This document shows positions 26,942-35,526 of a stretch of 43,821 nucleotides of DNA, one piece after another (within the stretch, counting starts at the first letter, position 1; each line of letters opens with the position of its first letter). Where the stretch lies: the sequence record PQ850632.1; one strand, 5' to 3'. This stretch comes from Escherichia phage VerenaMeyer_Bas76. The translations under genes and the position numbers were made by a program. The notes beneath the pieces are model-generated. The model was not told the DNA's origin. It ran no database searches and worked only from the letters and a program-made list of their open reading frames with translations.

Positions 26942-27257
26942 TTCTAAATTCCTTATATTGTTGGGGTATGTGCTTACTATAATAGTCTGCTATTAGGGTG
27001 TCAATCTGTTTTATCGAACCAACGACAAAAACATTTGCGCCACGTTTACGTATACGCTCGTGTTCCCGTAGCTGGTGCGGGTCTGGCTTAGTGTTTTCGT
27101 CTTTCTTCACCTCGACGAACCAGACGATGCCGCCGGGTAGAATTGCCAGCAGGTCAGGAGCGCCTGAACGTCCTTCGTAGGAAAGTTTACGAACGAGGCC
27201 ACCAATGGCCTCGAATCGCTCTTTTGCGTATTTCTGGATGCGGCCCTCTTTAGTCAT
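26925..27257 (-). CDS. VRR-NUC domain nuclease
   Basis: 110 aa. PD-(D/E)XK-type motifs GAPDLLAI...VWFVEVKK...QLREHE, characteristic of VRR-NUC. Confidence 0.7.
   Translation of the reverse strand: MTKEGRIQKYAKERFEAIGGLVRKLSYEGRSGAPDLLAILPGGIVWFVEVKKDENTKPDPHQLREHERIRKRGANVFVVGSIKQIDTLIADYYSKHIPQQYKEFRNETRI
26975..27003 (-). promoter_or_regulatory. sigma70-type promoter TTGACA-N17-TATAGT (internal, inside the 3' end of the VRR-NUC gene)
   Basis: Minus-strand reading TTGACACCCTAATAGCAGACTATTATAGT. Same family as 30678 and 32978. Confidence 0.45.
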
Positions 27258-27406
27258 GACCGCAGCATCCAGGTAAGGAAAACCCAGCCTAGAATGGCAA
27301 CACCGGCAAACTGAAAGAACAGGCCGTAACAGAACATAGCAGCTATTCCCGCACCGAGTAACAGTGCGAGCATGGTTACTATGGTCCTAAATACAAACTT
27401 TGTCAT
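27254..27406 (-). CDS. small membrane protein (50 aa, two predicted TM segments; below cutoff)
   Basis: Manual translation MTKFVFRTIVTMLALLLGAGIAAMFCYGLFFQFAGVAILGWVFLTWMLRS. ATG preceded by GAGGGG; ATGA overlaps at both ends. Confidence 0.35.
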   Translation of the reverse strand: MTKFVFRTIVTMLALLLGAGIAAMFCYGLFFQFAGVAILGWVFLTWMLRS

Positions 27407-27492
27407 AATACACACCCCTCACGTTTCGTATGCTCAATCCCGCAGCGCGGACAGATTCGGCAGTCTTCTTCGTATAACCAGTAAATTTTCAT
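27403..27492 (-). CDS. zinc-ribbon-like micro-protein (29 aa; below cutoff)
   Basis: Manual translation MKIYWLYEEDCRICPRCGIEHTKREGCVL with CxxCxxC and a further Cys. ATGA overlaps with both neighbours. Confidence 0.25.
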   Translation of the reverse strand: MKIYWLYEEDCRICPRCGIEHTKREGCVL

Positions 27493-27620
27493 TCCAGCAC
27501 CCACAAATAAATTGCTACTAGCATACCCAATACGGCGACCATCATGCCGTATTGACCCTCGTGACAGTAGACACCAGCGGCGAATCCCGCCAGCACCGCG
27601 ATAATCAGTTTACTTAGCAT
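27489..27620 (-). CDS. small membrane peptide (43 aa; below cutoff)
   Basis: Manual translation MLSKLIIAVLAGFAAGVYCHEGQYGMMVAVLGMLVAIYLWVLE. Start overlaps the DNA polymerase 3' end; stop overlaps the next ATG. Confidence 0.3.
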   Translation of the reverse strand: MLSKLIIAVLAGFAAGVYCHEGQYGMMVAVLGMLVAIYLWVLE

Positions 27621-29781
27621 AGCGTTTTAACTCCTGACCTTCCGCTACAAGAGGGAACCCCTCCGCCCATTCTGGTAATTCGCACATCAATCGCTCAAGC
27701 TCTGCGACATTGTATTCCGGCGTATCTGGAGTTTCGCAGATAATCTCATCGTGGACATGAAGTACAATTGGATAACCGTTTGCTTCTACGTTCAGCAGCG
27801 CGTTGGCCAGCAAATCACGGCACAACGCCTGAGTGCAGTTTTCCACGAGTTTACCGGAATATGTGTACTGGAACCCCCACTGTCGGGTTAGCTGATTTTC
27901 GCCCTGGTACTTGATGCGCACGTTAGTAGACACCTTCCCGTCTTCGTCTGTCTCTTTTGATACGCTTAACCCGACGCCTGGATAAGACATAACACGACCC
28001 GACGGCAGCGTCATACGCAACCACCAACCAGCGACTTTGTTGCCGTTGTTGTCTGTTTCTACGTTACGCGAAAACTTAACCCCGCGCGGCCCTGCGGTGA
28101 ACTCTTTACCCGGATTGCGGATAGCCGCCATAGCTGCATCTTCAATATCGCGCCAGAATTGGACTATTGCTGGGTTAGCTTCCCGGTACATGCGCTTTAA
28201 AGCGTCACAGGTGCGCCAAACTTTCTTATCAAGAATATATGATGGTCGGTCATCTTTTTCACCAGGACGTGGCGGTCGCTTGGCTTCCTGAATACGCGCC
28301 CATTCATATCCTCGTGCGGTAGCGGCCCAGATATGGTCAGGGAAAGTCCCGTCTAAAGTACGGGCCATATCGTTCAAATCAAGCCCTAAGTTTTTAGCAA
28401 ACGTGACGAAAGCCCCTACACCCCCCGCGTAACCCAGTCCGAGAACCATTGCTTTGGCTATTTGTCTTTGGTCCTTTGTTACGTCGTCATAACTAACGTT
28501 GAACACGGTTGATGCGAGTTTCTTATACACATCAACCCCGTTTACAAATACTTCTATTAAATCGTCTTCGCCAGCCAGCCACGCCAAACCACGGCCTTCA
28601 ACGTTAGAGTAATCGGCTACGACAAACTTATGCCCTGCTTCCGGGATAATGCAGCTACGAACCGTCGACGCCGTTAGCTTGGCTACGTCGAAACGGCGAT
28701 GCGCACGACCCTTAAGTAGCGCTGAAATGCCCTTATCCAGTTCATCATCGTGATAGTACCCGCGCGCCAGGTTCTGTGGTTGGAAGCCTTTACCTGCGAA
28801 CCGTAACGTACGCTTGGCCCCACCGTACTGGATGCAACCACGGCGGCGGTCGTCCGACGAGCGACCCAACAGCAGCGGGTTATATTTCGTTGACGCAGTG
28901 GACGCGGCCCCGAGGCGCATTTCTATAATTGTGCGGGCGTCGTCGGGTAAATCCTCATCCACCAGCAGGTCGTTAAGCGTTGACTTCTGTGCATTGTGTA
29001 TGCGGTGCGCGGGCGCAAGTTCACGCAGAATCGGAAGGAAGTCTTTACCGGTAAGCGAGCCGCCGTATTTACGTTGAGCTTCTTCCTGTAACTGTGCCTT
29101 GTGCTTCTCTACGGCTTCAATCGCGGCTTCCGCCAGTGCGACGTCAACCTTAAATCCGCGGTCGTTGATTAACTGGTCAAGCTCCAGTACACGGTCTTCG
29201 AACTCGGAGTTACCCCAACGCGGCAGCTTATGGAAGACTTCACGCATCGCAGTGATGTCGCTCACGGCGTACCTGATGAACATCGCCCACTCGTCAGGGT
29301 GAGTTTCTGCGGTGTAGCGGCGGATTTTGTAGTTCTTCGGCGTCGGTTTAGAGAAACGCTTAATCAGAGCCTTGCCGCGTTTATCTTTCGCGTTGTCTGC
29401 AGACACGCCCAGCACTTCGCACAGCGCATCAAGAGAACCCGGCAGCGCGTGACGAAATGCCCAAATCATCGTATCAATGGTGTTGCTTACCGGAATATCA
29501 AAGCCCCAGCAGTGTTTCATGATGAGCCTGTCGAACATTGAGCCGTTGTGCCACACCATCTTGATGCGGCTGTTTGGCTTCACCAGGCGGCGTAATGCGC
29601 GATGCAAATCACCCGGCATGTCGCTGCCGTCTGTGCAATCCCATACCTGCACAGGCTGGTCGTCAAAAGCATATGTACAAATAAGCACTTCGGTGGTTGG
29701 ATGTTCGGCGTAAGCGTAGGAACCGACTTTCTTTAAATCGGCTTCGGAGAATGTTTCAAAGTCCAGGTATAAGTAGCTCAT
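27610..29781 (-). CDS. DNA polymerase I (family A) with 3'-5' exonuclease domain
   Basis: Exo I motif LDFETFS; polymerase motif A DYSNVEGR, motif B RQIAKAMVLGLGYAGG, motif C VLHVHDE. ATG at 29781 (preceded by AAGGAAA) preferred; the ORF track extends to a GTG at 29850. Confidence 0.9.
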   Translation of the reverse strand: MSYLYLDFETFSEADLKKVGSYAYAEHPTTEVLICTYAFDDQPVQVWDCTDGSDMPGDLHRALRRLVKPNSRIKMVWHNGSMFDRLIMKHCWGFDIPVSNTIDTMIWAFRHALPGSLDALCEVLGVSADNAKDKRGKALIKRFSKPTPKNYKIRRYTAETHPDEWAMFIRYAVSDITAMREVFHKLPRWGNSEFEDRVLELDQLINDRGFKVDVALAEAAIEAVEKHKAQLQEEAQRKYGGSLTGKDFLPILRELAPAHRIHNAQKSTLNDLLVDEDLPDDARTIIEMRLGAASTASTKYNPLLLGRSSDDRRRGCIQYGGAKRTLRFAGKGFQPQNLARGYYHDDELDKGISALLKGRAHRRFDVAKLTASTVRSCIIPEAGHKFVVADYSNVEGRGLAWLAGEDDLIEVFVNGVDVYKKLASTVFNVSYDDVTKDQRQIAKAMVLGLGYAGGVGAFVTFAKNLGLDLNDMARTLDGTFPDHIWAATARGYEWARIQEAKRPPRPGEKDDRPSYILDKKVWRTCDALKRMYREANPAIVQFWRDIEDAAMAAIRNPGKEFTAGPRGVKFSRNVETDNNGNKVAGWWLRMTLPSGRVMSYPGVGLSVSKETDEDGKVSTNVRIKYQGENQLTRQWGFQYTYSGKLVENCTQALCRDLLANALLNVEANGYPIVLHVHDEIICETPDTPEYNVAELERLMCELPEWAEGFPLVAEGQELKRYAK

Positions 29782-29945
29782 TTCTTTTTCCTTAAATCCA
29801 GTGCCTTCGTTTCGCTTAATCTTATTTTCATACAATTGCGGCAAATCCACACATGCCTGTACCCGGCCCGGTACTCATCCGCGTACCACGGAAGCGGTTT
29901 CATATAGCGGTAAACGTGCTTACAGAAAAACATTATTTTCGACCC

Positions 29946-29973
29946 TTAGTAAAAAGGCCCAATGAAGGGCCTT
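29946..29973 (-). terminator. intrinsic terminator/attenuator between the SSB-like and polymerase genes
   Basis: Minus-strand hairpin AAGGCCC-TTCATT-GGGCCTT followed by TTTTTA. Confidence 0.45.
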
Positions 29974-29992
29974 AGTTAAATTGATTCAGATA

Positions 29993-30619
29993 TTAGCGGC
30001 GGCGACGTTCGCGGCGCGGTGCTTCATCTTCTTCGTCGTCTTCCAGGTCATTGACGCTCGCAGCGACTTTAGAACCGCCGAACGCTTTGCCTTCGCCAAC
30101 GTATTTAATCGCCAGCAGGTTAACGCCGAGGACTTTGTATTTCTGGCTGAACCAGATTTCAACGCTTACGTTAGCTAAGCATCCGCTGTAAACCTGTTCA
30201 CCTTCAATCTGTTCACCGTCTACATTGAAGTCCTGTTCTACCTGAGTCTCACCTTTTTTAGAGGTTACAATCAGCGGCTGCTTCTGTGCCTTCGCTTTGA
30301 AGTAGAAGCCTTCCGGGAAGTCTTCAAACGGATTGTCACGCTCGGCAATGTCTTTAATCGCACATTTATCCATGTGCTTACCTTCGCCGTAGTTGGACTT
30401 CATCCACTTCTCGGCGGCGGCTGCACCTAACGCTTCTTCAACTACAGCGTAAACGGTGTCGTAGAGCGCGTCGATTTGCGCGTGGTCGGACGGCAGGATA
30501 ATAGTCGCGCTGTACTGACCTTTAGTGATTGAACCATCATCATTTTCACGGTCTTTTTCGCGTTCGAATACGTTAACCCAGGCAGTGTTTACTTTACGCA
30601 GATTTAATTTCAGTCCCAT
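29993..30619 (-). CDS. single-stranded DNA-binding protein-like (putative)
   Basis: 208 aa. Sits alone under a strong promoter between the nuclease and polymerase genes. Acidic tail DLEDDEEDEA followed by an Arg-rich end. Assignment is tentative. Confidence 0.4.
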   Translation of the reverse strand: MGLKLNLRKVNTAWVNVFEREKDRENDDGSITKGQYSATIILPSDHAQIDALYDTVYAVVEEALGAAAAEKWMKSNYGEGKHMDKCAIKDIAERDNPFEDFPEGFYFKAKAQKQPLIVTSKKGETQVEQDFNVDGEQIEGEQVYSGCLANVSVEIWFSQKYKVLGVNLLAIKYVGEGKAFGGSKVAASVNDLEDDEEDEAPRRERRRR

Positions 30620-30677
30620 TTGATTTCTCGCTTTTCAGTTTCAGTTTACTCCGGGATCTGCCCGGCCAGTGATTAGA

Positions 30678-30706
30678 ACTATAATAGCTAACTATTCATG
30701 TGTCAA
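30678..30706 (-). promoter_or_regulatory. sigma70-type promoter TTGACA-N17-TATAGT
   Basis: Minus-strand reading TTGACACATGAATAGTTAGCTATTATAGT, nearly identical to the promoter at 32978..33006. Confidence 0.55.
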
Positions 30707-30895
30707 ATAAAATTTTGCAATAGGGATTATGTTCTCGAAATTAAGCATATTGGCCGGTTCGAACTCATCCTCTACAGGGTCGTATCGCATCATGGTACCG
30801 TTCAAGAACGTGAACGATTCCGAGTGTAGATACCCATCCCAGCGCCATACCATCAAAAAATCTTTATCAGTCGGCATTTCATTTACTTGAATCAT
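30692..30895 (-). CDS. hypothetical protein (67 aa)
   Basis: ATG 30895..30893 overlaps the nuclease stop (ATGA). The Shine-Dalgarno GAGGAGGA lies inside the last codons of the nuclease gene. The ORF track extends to 30925. Confidence 0.4.
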   Translation of the reverse strand: MIQVNEMPTDKDFLMVWRWDGYLHSESFTFLNGTMMRYDPVEDEFEPANMLNFENIIPIAKFYLTHE

Positions 30896-32148
30896 TCTAA
30901 ATCCTCCTCTGTAACTTGATTCCACTCAGGACGTTTGTCATCCGCCGTTGCGACGCATGGCGCACCGGGCTTACGGGTAATGAAGTCTTTCAGTTCTTCT
31001 TCCGGTACAATTTTAACCGCTTCGGTCGGTGTCATAAGAACTACCTTTTGCAGCATAGTACCGTACTTCTCGAATACTGCGTCGGTATCTTTCCACGCAC
31101 GATTACCGGGGCGACCTTCAACCAGTTTGTATCCTGGCACTTTCTTACCTGAATGCAAAGCAGCAGCCATCGCTTTCTCAACCTTGTCAATGTGCTGGCG
31201 CAACAAAGGCAACTTCTCATATTCAGCTACGAGTTGCTCCGGCGTAAGTTCCAGCGCAAAGTCGTCCTCCAGTTCTTCGGCAAGTACAGAATTAACAGTC
31301 TTTGTACGCGCTGCGCACTGTTCAGAGAACCGACACCACTGACAACCGTCGACAGACGGCTTAAAGTCCGACGCTTTCAGGTTCTTCTTGCCTCGGAAAT
31401 ACGCATCAAGGGCTAACAGTGCGCGTTTCTGTGCGAACTTAGCGAACAGTTCCAGACCTTCAACCGAGATGTCCCACTCCGACGCGCCCCCGGCGTACGG
31501 CTGGAAGATTACCAGGCGCACTACTGAGATGTTATAACGTCTCTTGAGTCGGCGGTAAACACCGAGAGCGTAGAGCATAAGCTGCTTGTTTTCTTTCGCT
31601 TCGACATGATGCCGTCCTGTTTTCAGGTCGCCGATAATGAGCATATGCTCGTCAGTGTTCGCCAGTTCCTGAACGGCAACGAGGTCGGCGGTTCCGAATG
31701 TCTCTACGCCTTCATATCCCGGATGCAGAACCTCAGTAAGATTTACGCGCATCTCCAGCTTCGCGTAAGTCGCCACGTCGATAATCGCTTTGCAGTAATC
31801 GGTGTACTTTGTACACTGGTCAATCATGTCCGCCGTAATCAGTACCGCACCTTTCATCGGACTGATTAGCGCCTTAATCTGACCTTTACCCTCATCCAGC
31901 ACGTAAGCGCCGACTTCTCGTTCTAACGGCAAAGCAGTTCCTTTGATGTACTGATTCAGGTGAATCTCAGATATCGTGTGCATAGCCGTGCCTGATATGG
32001 CGGCTTTACCTGACGTGTTAGGAATGTCTTTTTCACATGCCAGCGATGCACTGCACGCCAACCATTTCTTAGCACCAGACGGCGACAGTAAGGCGTGTAC
32101 ATCGTTATTTCCGCCGCGTTCCTTTAAAACCATGCTCTGCTCTCCCAC
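30892..32148 (-). CDS. PD-(D/E)XK exonuclease (Cas4/RecB-like) with Cys cluster
   Basis: 418 aa. N-terminal SPSGAKKWLACSASLAC, catalytic core IGDLKTG, QLMLYAL motif, C-terminal CQWCRFSEQC cluster. Ends VTEEDLE. Confidence 0.7.
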   Translation of the reverse strand: MGEQSMVLKERGGNNDVHALLSPSGAKKWLACSASLACEKDIPNTSGKAAISGTAMHTISEIHLNQYIKGTALPLEREVGAYVLDEGKGQIKALISPMKGAVLITADMIDQCTKYTDYCKAIIDVATYAKLEMRVNLTEVLHPGYEGVETFGTADLVAVQELANTDEHMLIIGDLKTGRHHVEAKENKQLMLYALGVYRRLKRRYNISVVRLVIFQPYAGGASEWDISVEGLELFAKFAQKRALLALDAYFRGKKNLKASDFKPSVDGCQWCRFSEQCAARTKTVNSVLAEELEDDFALELTPEQLVAEYEKLPLLRQHIDKVEKAMAAALHSGKKVPGYKLVEGRPGNRAWKDTDAVFEKYGTMLQKVVLMTPTEAVKIVPEEELKDFITRKPGAPCVATADDKRPEWNQVTEEDLE

Positions 32149-32306
32149 TGGTCAATTAAATGCCGTGTCTTGTGGTCGCAATGTAAGGCCCATCCATACA
32201 TCGACTCGAAGACATAAAAGTCACTTTTAACGAAAGTCGTACGCTTAATCTGCGACAGGTGACGGCCTATATCTTTAGGCCGTGGTACTTTTCCTAAGTA
32301 CGCCAT
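32124..32306 (-). CDS. hypothetical protein (60 aa)
   Basis: On the ORF track; overlaps the start region of the nuclease gene. No motif recognised. Confidence 0.3.
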   Translation of the reverse strand: MAYLGKVPRPKDIGRHLSQIKRTTFVKSDFYVFESMYGWALHCDHKTRHLIDQWESRAWF

Positions 32307-32445
32307 CTATTCCATCTGGTGTGCACCGGACGGCGCACGCAACAGCCACAACGCCTCTGTGTTATCCCGCCTGTCTACGGCGCGGTAGAGTTGGTAAATC
32401 ATATTTCCGCCCCTCCGTTAAAGCGGCCCGAAGGCCGCCTGATAG

Positions 32446-32946
32446 TTATTCTTCTTCGAAATACTTGTTCTTAATCGCCGTCAGGCGTTTCAGGTATTCA
32501 GCCAGGTCTTCGTCTTTAATCGCGGCAATCTTCATTTTCTTACCGGTGAACTCCTCCAGCAGTTCATCGGAATCGTCGCACGCAGCATCGCTAGGACCTT
32601 CGTTAATTGCATCGTCGATAGCCTGAATCTGGTCACGAAGAGACTGGTAATCGACCTCTTCTTTCTCTTCTTCTGGTTCTGGAGTCGGCTCCTCTACTTT
32701 AGCTTTACGCGGCTTGCGTTTCGGCTTCTCTTCTTCTGCTGGTTTAGCGTCAACGATGTCTTCACCTTCAACAGGGATTTCTTTTGTTGCTTCTTTTTCG
32801 CACTCAGCTACCGCTTCTTTGGTATACACTACCGTCTCTACTTCTAACGGCGCTGCAACTTGTGCTGACTGTTTCGCACTGTTCGCAGCAATCAGTTCAT
32901 GTGCAACTACGAAACGTTCCAGTAATTTTAAGAATTGTTCTAACAT
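32446..32946 (-). CDS. highly acidic protein, first gene after a strong early promoter
   Basis: 166 aa. Long Glu/Asp/Pro/Lys-rich region (EEPTPEPEEEKEEVD...), ends YFEEE. ATG preceded by the conserved leader AAACGAGAGGAGAGA. Confidence 0.6.
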   Translation of the reverse strand: MLEQFLKLLERFVVAHELIAANSAKQSAQVAAPLEVETVVYTKEAVAECEKEATKEIPVEGEDIVDAKPAEEEKPKRKPRKAKVEEPTPEPEEEKEEVDYQSLRDQIQAIDDAINEGPSDAACDDSDELLEEFTGKKMKIAAIKDEDLAEYLKRLTAIKNKYFEEE

Positions 32947-32977
32947 TTGTTTCTCTCCTCTCGTTTGGTATGGGCTA

Positions 32978-33006
32978 ACTATAATAGCGAACTATTCACA
33001 TGTCAA
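32978..33006 (-). promoter_or_regulatory. sigma70-type promoter TTGACA-N17-TATAGT
   Basis: Minus-strand reading TTGACATGTGAATAGTTCGCTATTATAGT. Divergent from the plus-strand promoter of the XRE gene. Confidence 0.6.
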
Positions 33007-33030
33007 TGGGCTTTTCTAAAATAATTAATA

Positions 33031-33039
33031 TGGTACTAT
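33031..33039 (+). promoter_or_regulatory. candidate extended -10 promoter (TGgTACTAT) for the XRE-type HTH gene
   Basis: TG at 33031-33032 and hexamer TACTAT at 33034-33039 followed by the ACTATTCA box; no good -35. Confidence 0.35.
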
Positions 33040-33070
33040 TCACATATCAACTGACTAAGGAGTAATTGAC

Positions 33071-33286
33071 ATGCAACCATCTGAACTAGGCATCCGTGTA
33101 GAACAACGCCGCAAAGAACTCGGCATCTCCCAGCGCCGTCTGGCGGTCCTGGCTGGCGTTTCCCAGGGCGCGATTAACCAGCTTGCGCTCGGGGTAACTC
33201 AGGACGTCCGGCCGGCAACGCTGTTCAAACTGGCGGAAGTTCTGGAAGTAGACGCCAAGTGGCTGGCGTTAGGTGAAGGGGCTTAA
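33071..33286 (+). CDS. XRE/Cro-type helix-turn-helix transcriptional regulator
   Basis: 71 aa. HTH signature ELGISQRRLAVLAGVSQGAINQL. Lone plus-strand gene between two minus-strand operons. Confidence 0.7.
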   Translation: MQPSELGIRVEQRRKELGISQRRLAVLAGVSQGAINQLALGVTQDVRPATLFKLAEVLEVDAKWLALGEGA

Positions 33287-33301
33287 AGCCCCTTTCTTTT
33301 T
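33276..33301 (+). terminator. intrinsic terminator (AAGGGGCTT-AA-AGCCCCTT plus TTCTTTTT)
   Basis: The hairpin contains the stop codon of the HTH gene and is followed by a T-run. Confidence 0.5.
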
Positions 33302-33303
33302 AC

Positions 33304-35526
33304 CTATTCCAAATCCTCCTCTGTCACCACCAGCATCTCATTTGGTTCGTATAGTGTCTTCGGCCTTAATCTATCCCCTATTCTTTCGGGTATACGATAT
33401 GTTCTCGGTACTACTTCGCCGTTAGCATCGCAACCAAGCATTAGTTCTCCATCTTTCAACATTTTATCAAGATGGGTGTTAGTCACAGAGAAGTCACCGG
33501 AACGAGCCACTATCTGCTGCTGAGTAAAACCGCGACCTGTGTCATCTGACTGTTGCAGGTCTTCCAGTGCCGAAAGTATTGACTCCTTCCTTACTTCATC
33601 CCTGCCGCGTTTAACTTCTTCCTTTACTTTTTGCTTACCTTCTTTCGTCAACCCTTCTTCCCGCTCTTTCTCCTCGTCAGTTTTGAACGGCTCGAAACCC
33701 CACGGCATCAACACAAGCGCCTTGTGTGGTTCAGGAAGGTCCAGGTTTACGATTGTGCCGTATTCTTCTGTGCCCCCCAGGAACTCAACCGCACGGTACT
33801 CTTTCGGCGGCGGAGCTTCGCGGAACTGCACAGACTCCAGCACCATGCCAACCGTTTTCTGTTGAGGACCGTGCTTAAATTTCGAGTGGTATACGTTTAT
33901 TTGACGGTCGGTTGCACGTTCGATTGTCAGTTCCACGTCAACACCCGCATACAGCGCCCCACTGCCGCGTGCTTTCTTTCCACCCTTCGGCGTATGGTGG
34001 ACAACGCCTACTGCGGCTTTAGTTGCATCGCGTACTTCTTTCAGAATGGCGATAACTTTACCCATGCCGATTGCTGTTGATGAACTGTTCTCGTCGAACT
34101 TATCAATCGTCAGTGCCAGGGTCTGGTTAAGGGTGTCGAACGCAACCATGCCAATTGGCTCGTCGCCAGCAGTTTCGCGCATTAACTTAATCAGGCTTTT
34201 AAGTTTGCCGACTTCGCCCATATCGATGACGTGTACATAATCTTTACCTTCCCCGCCATATTTAGCCGCTAGTGCATCAATACGGGTGCGTGTAGCTGCG
34301 CCACCCTCACCATCAATATAGAAATGGTGGCAACGCTGGGTATCCGCCCCCGCAAACCTGTACCCGGCGGCGCTGAGGTACATCATCCCCAGCGTATAGA
34401 ACGATTTGTACGTGCCAGATTCCCCGACGATATCCCAGATACAATCCGACGGCATGTACCCCTCAACGACGAAATCAGCCTTTACCGGCTCCGGTAACTC
34501 GTCCTCCTCTGAGTCCTCGTCGTCTTCCAGGTCGTCGAGGCTGCAAGTTACTGGGTCCTCGTTCTCTGTGCGGTGTAGTTCTTCAATCTCTTCTTCCGGT
34601 AAATCAGGCAGAGCCGCACGAATGCTGTTAATGCTGATAGGTTGCTTATCTATGTTAAGCTCGTCGGGTAGGCCACACATACGCAGGGCCAAATGCTGCC
34701 TACGGTTAAGCTCGGTGCAAGCGCCGTTGTTTGTATGCTGGCAGACAAAGCGCACTTCTTTACCGTCGAGCATTATGCTGGTGGAGCCCTTGCCTGTATG
34801 CAGATGTTCGTTAGGGCATGGCACTTCGTACCCGCGCCCGGAAGATAAAGCGTCAAGGCCAAGCTCGGCTTCGCAGAAGTGTGCTATATCCGCGTTAAGC
34901 CCATGCTCATCAGCGGCAAGTGTTTTAGCCTCACGCTTACGCAACCCCATCTCTTCGGCTTTCTTGATGTACCGCTCAGCACGGATAACACGCCCTTCTG
35001 TAACCGTTATCTTCGACTCTTTATGCGGCAGGTAGATAAGGCGGTTGCCGTCTTCTGTGCAGTGGTCGCGCAACGCTTCGTCTATTTCTAACTCTGCACA
35101 AATAGCACGTTGCACCATCCACGCGTCGTTAGAGTTAAACGGCGTGCGAGCTGGAACCAGAACGCGGAAAGCGTAATCTCCATTTTTACATGCGTGCTGA
35201 TGCGATGCCGTTGTGTGCAGAATATTGAAGAACGGCGCGTTCTTGAATTTGCGTGTCAGGTCGCGGTACTGAGTACGGTTGAGATGGTCGAAATCGAACT
35301 TAACCACACTGTCTTCCAGGATAGCGTTTTTACGGCGACCACCAACAGGCGCAATAGCTTTCTGTTTAATCTTGGCAGCGTCGTACTCTTCCTTAGTCCA
35401 TGACGGGTCCACGGATAAACGCTTCGATGTATCGCAGACATACTCGACAAACTGCTCCAGCGGCATTTCACGCGCTACAGGGTTTTTATCGAATGTGTTA
35501 CGCAGCGTTGCAAAAACAATATTCAT
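33304..35526 (-). CDS. DNA primase / replicative helicase (primase-polymerase-like N-terminus, zinc-binding region, RecA-like ATPase)
   Basis: 740 aa. Cys/His cluster CPNEHLH...C, Walker A-like GESGTYKS, RecA-like helicase core. Ends VTEEDLE. Confidence 0.65.
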   Translation of the reverse strand: MNIVFATLRNTFDKNPVAREMPLEQFVEYVCDTSKRLSVDPSWTKEEYDAAKIKQKAIAPVGGRRKNAILEDSVVKFDFDHLNRTQYRDLTRKFKNAPFFNILHTTASHQHACKNGDYAFRVLVPARTPFNSNDAWMVQRAICAELEIDEALRDHCTEDGNRLIYLPHKESKITVTEGRVIRAERYIKKAEEMGLRKREAKTLAADEHGLNADIAHFCEAELGLDALSSGRGYEVPCPNEHLHTGKGSTSIMLDGKEVRFVCQHTNNGACTELNRRQHLALRMCGLPDELNIDKQPISINSIRAALPDLPEEEIEELHRTENEDPVTCSLDDLEDDEDSEEDELPEPVKADFVVEGYMPSDCIWDIVGESGTYKSFYTLGMMYLSAAGYRFAGADTQRCHHFYIDGEGGAATRTRIDALAAKYGGEGKDYVHVIDMGEVGKLKSLIKLMRETAGDEPIGMVAFDTLNQTLALTIDKFDENSSSTAIGMGKVIAILKEVRDATKAAVGVVHHTPKGGKKARGSGALYAGVDVELTIERATDRQINVYHSKFKHGPQQKTVGMVLESVQFREAPPPKEYRAVEFLGGTEEYGTIVNLDLPEPHKALVLMPWGFEPFKTDEEKEREEGLTKEGKQKVKEEVKRGRDEVRKESILSALEDLQQSDDTGRGFTQQQIVARSGDFSVTNTHLDKMLKDGELMLGCDANGEVVPRTYRIPERIGDRLRPKTLYEPNEMLVVTEEDLE

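Noticed and set aside
29782-29850. N-terminal 23 codons of the DNA polymerase ORF starting at GTG 29850
   Set aside because: The Exo I motif begins right after the ATG at 29781, which has an AAGGAAA Shine-Dalgarno. The upstream extension lacks one and is probably leader sequence.
33071-33286. XRE/Cro-like gene taken as evidence of a lysogeny module
   Set aside because: No integrase, excisionase-integrase pair, attachment site or CI-like repressor with a peptidase domain was found anywhere in the window. It is more likely an early transcription regulator of a virulent phage.
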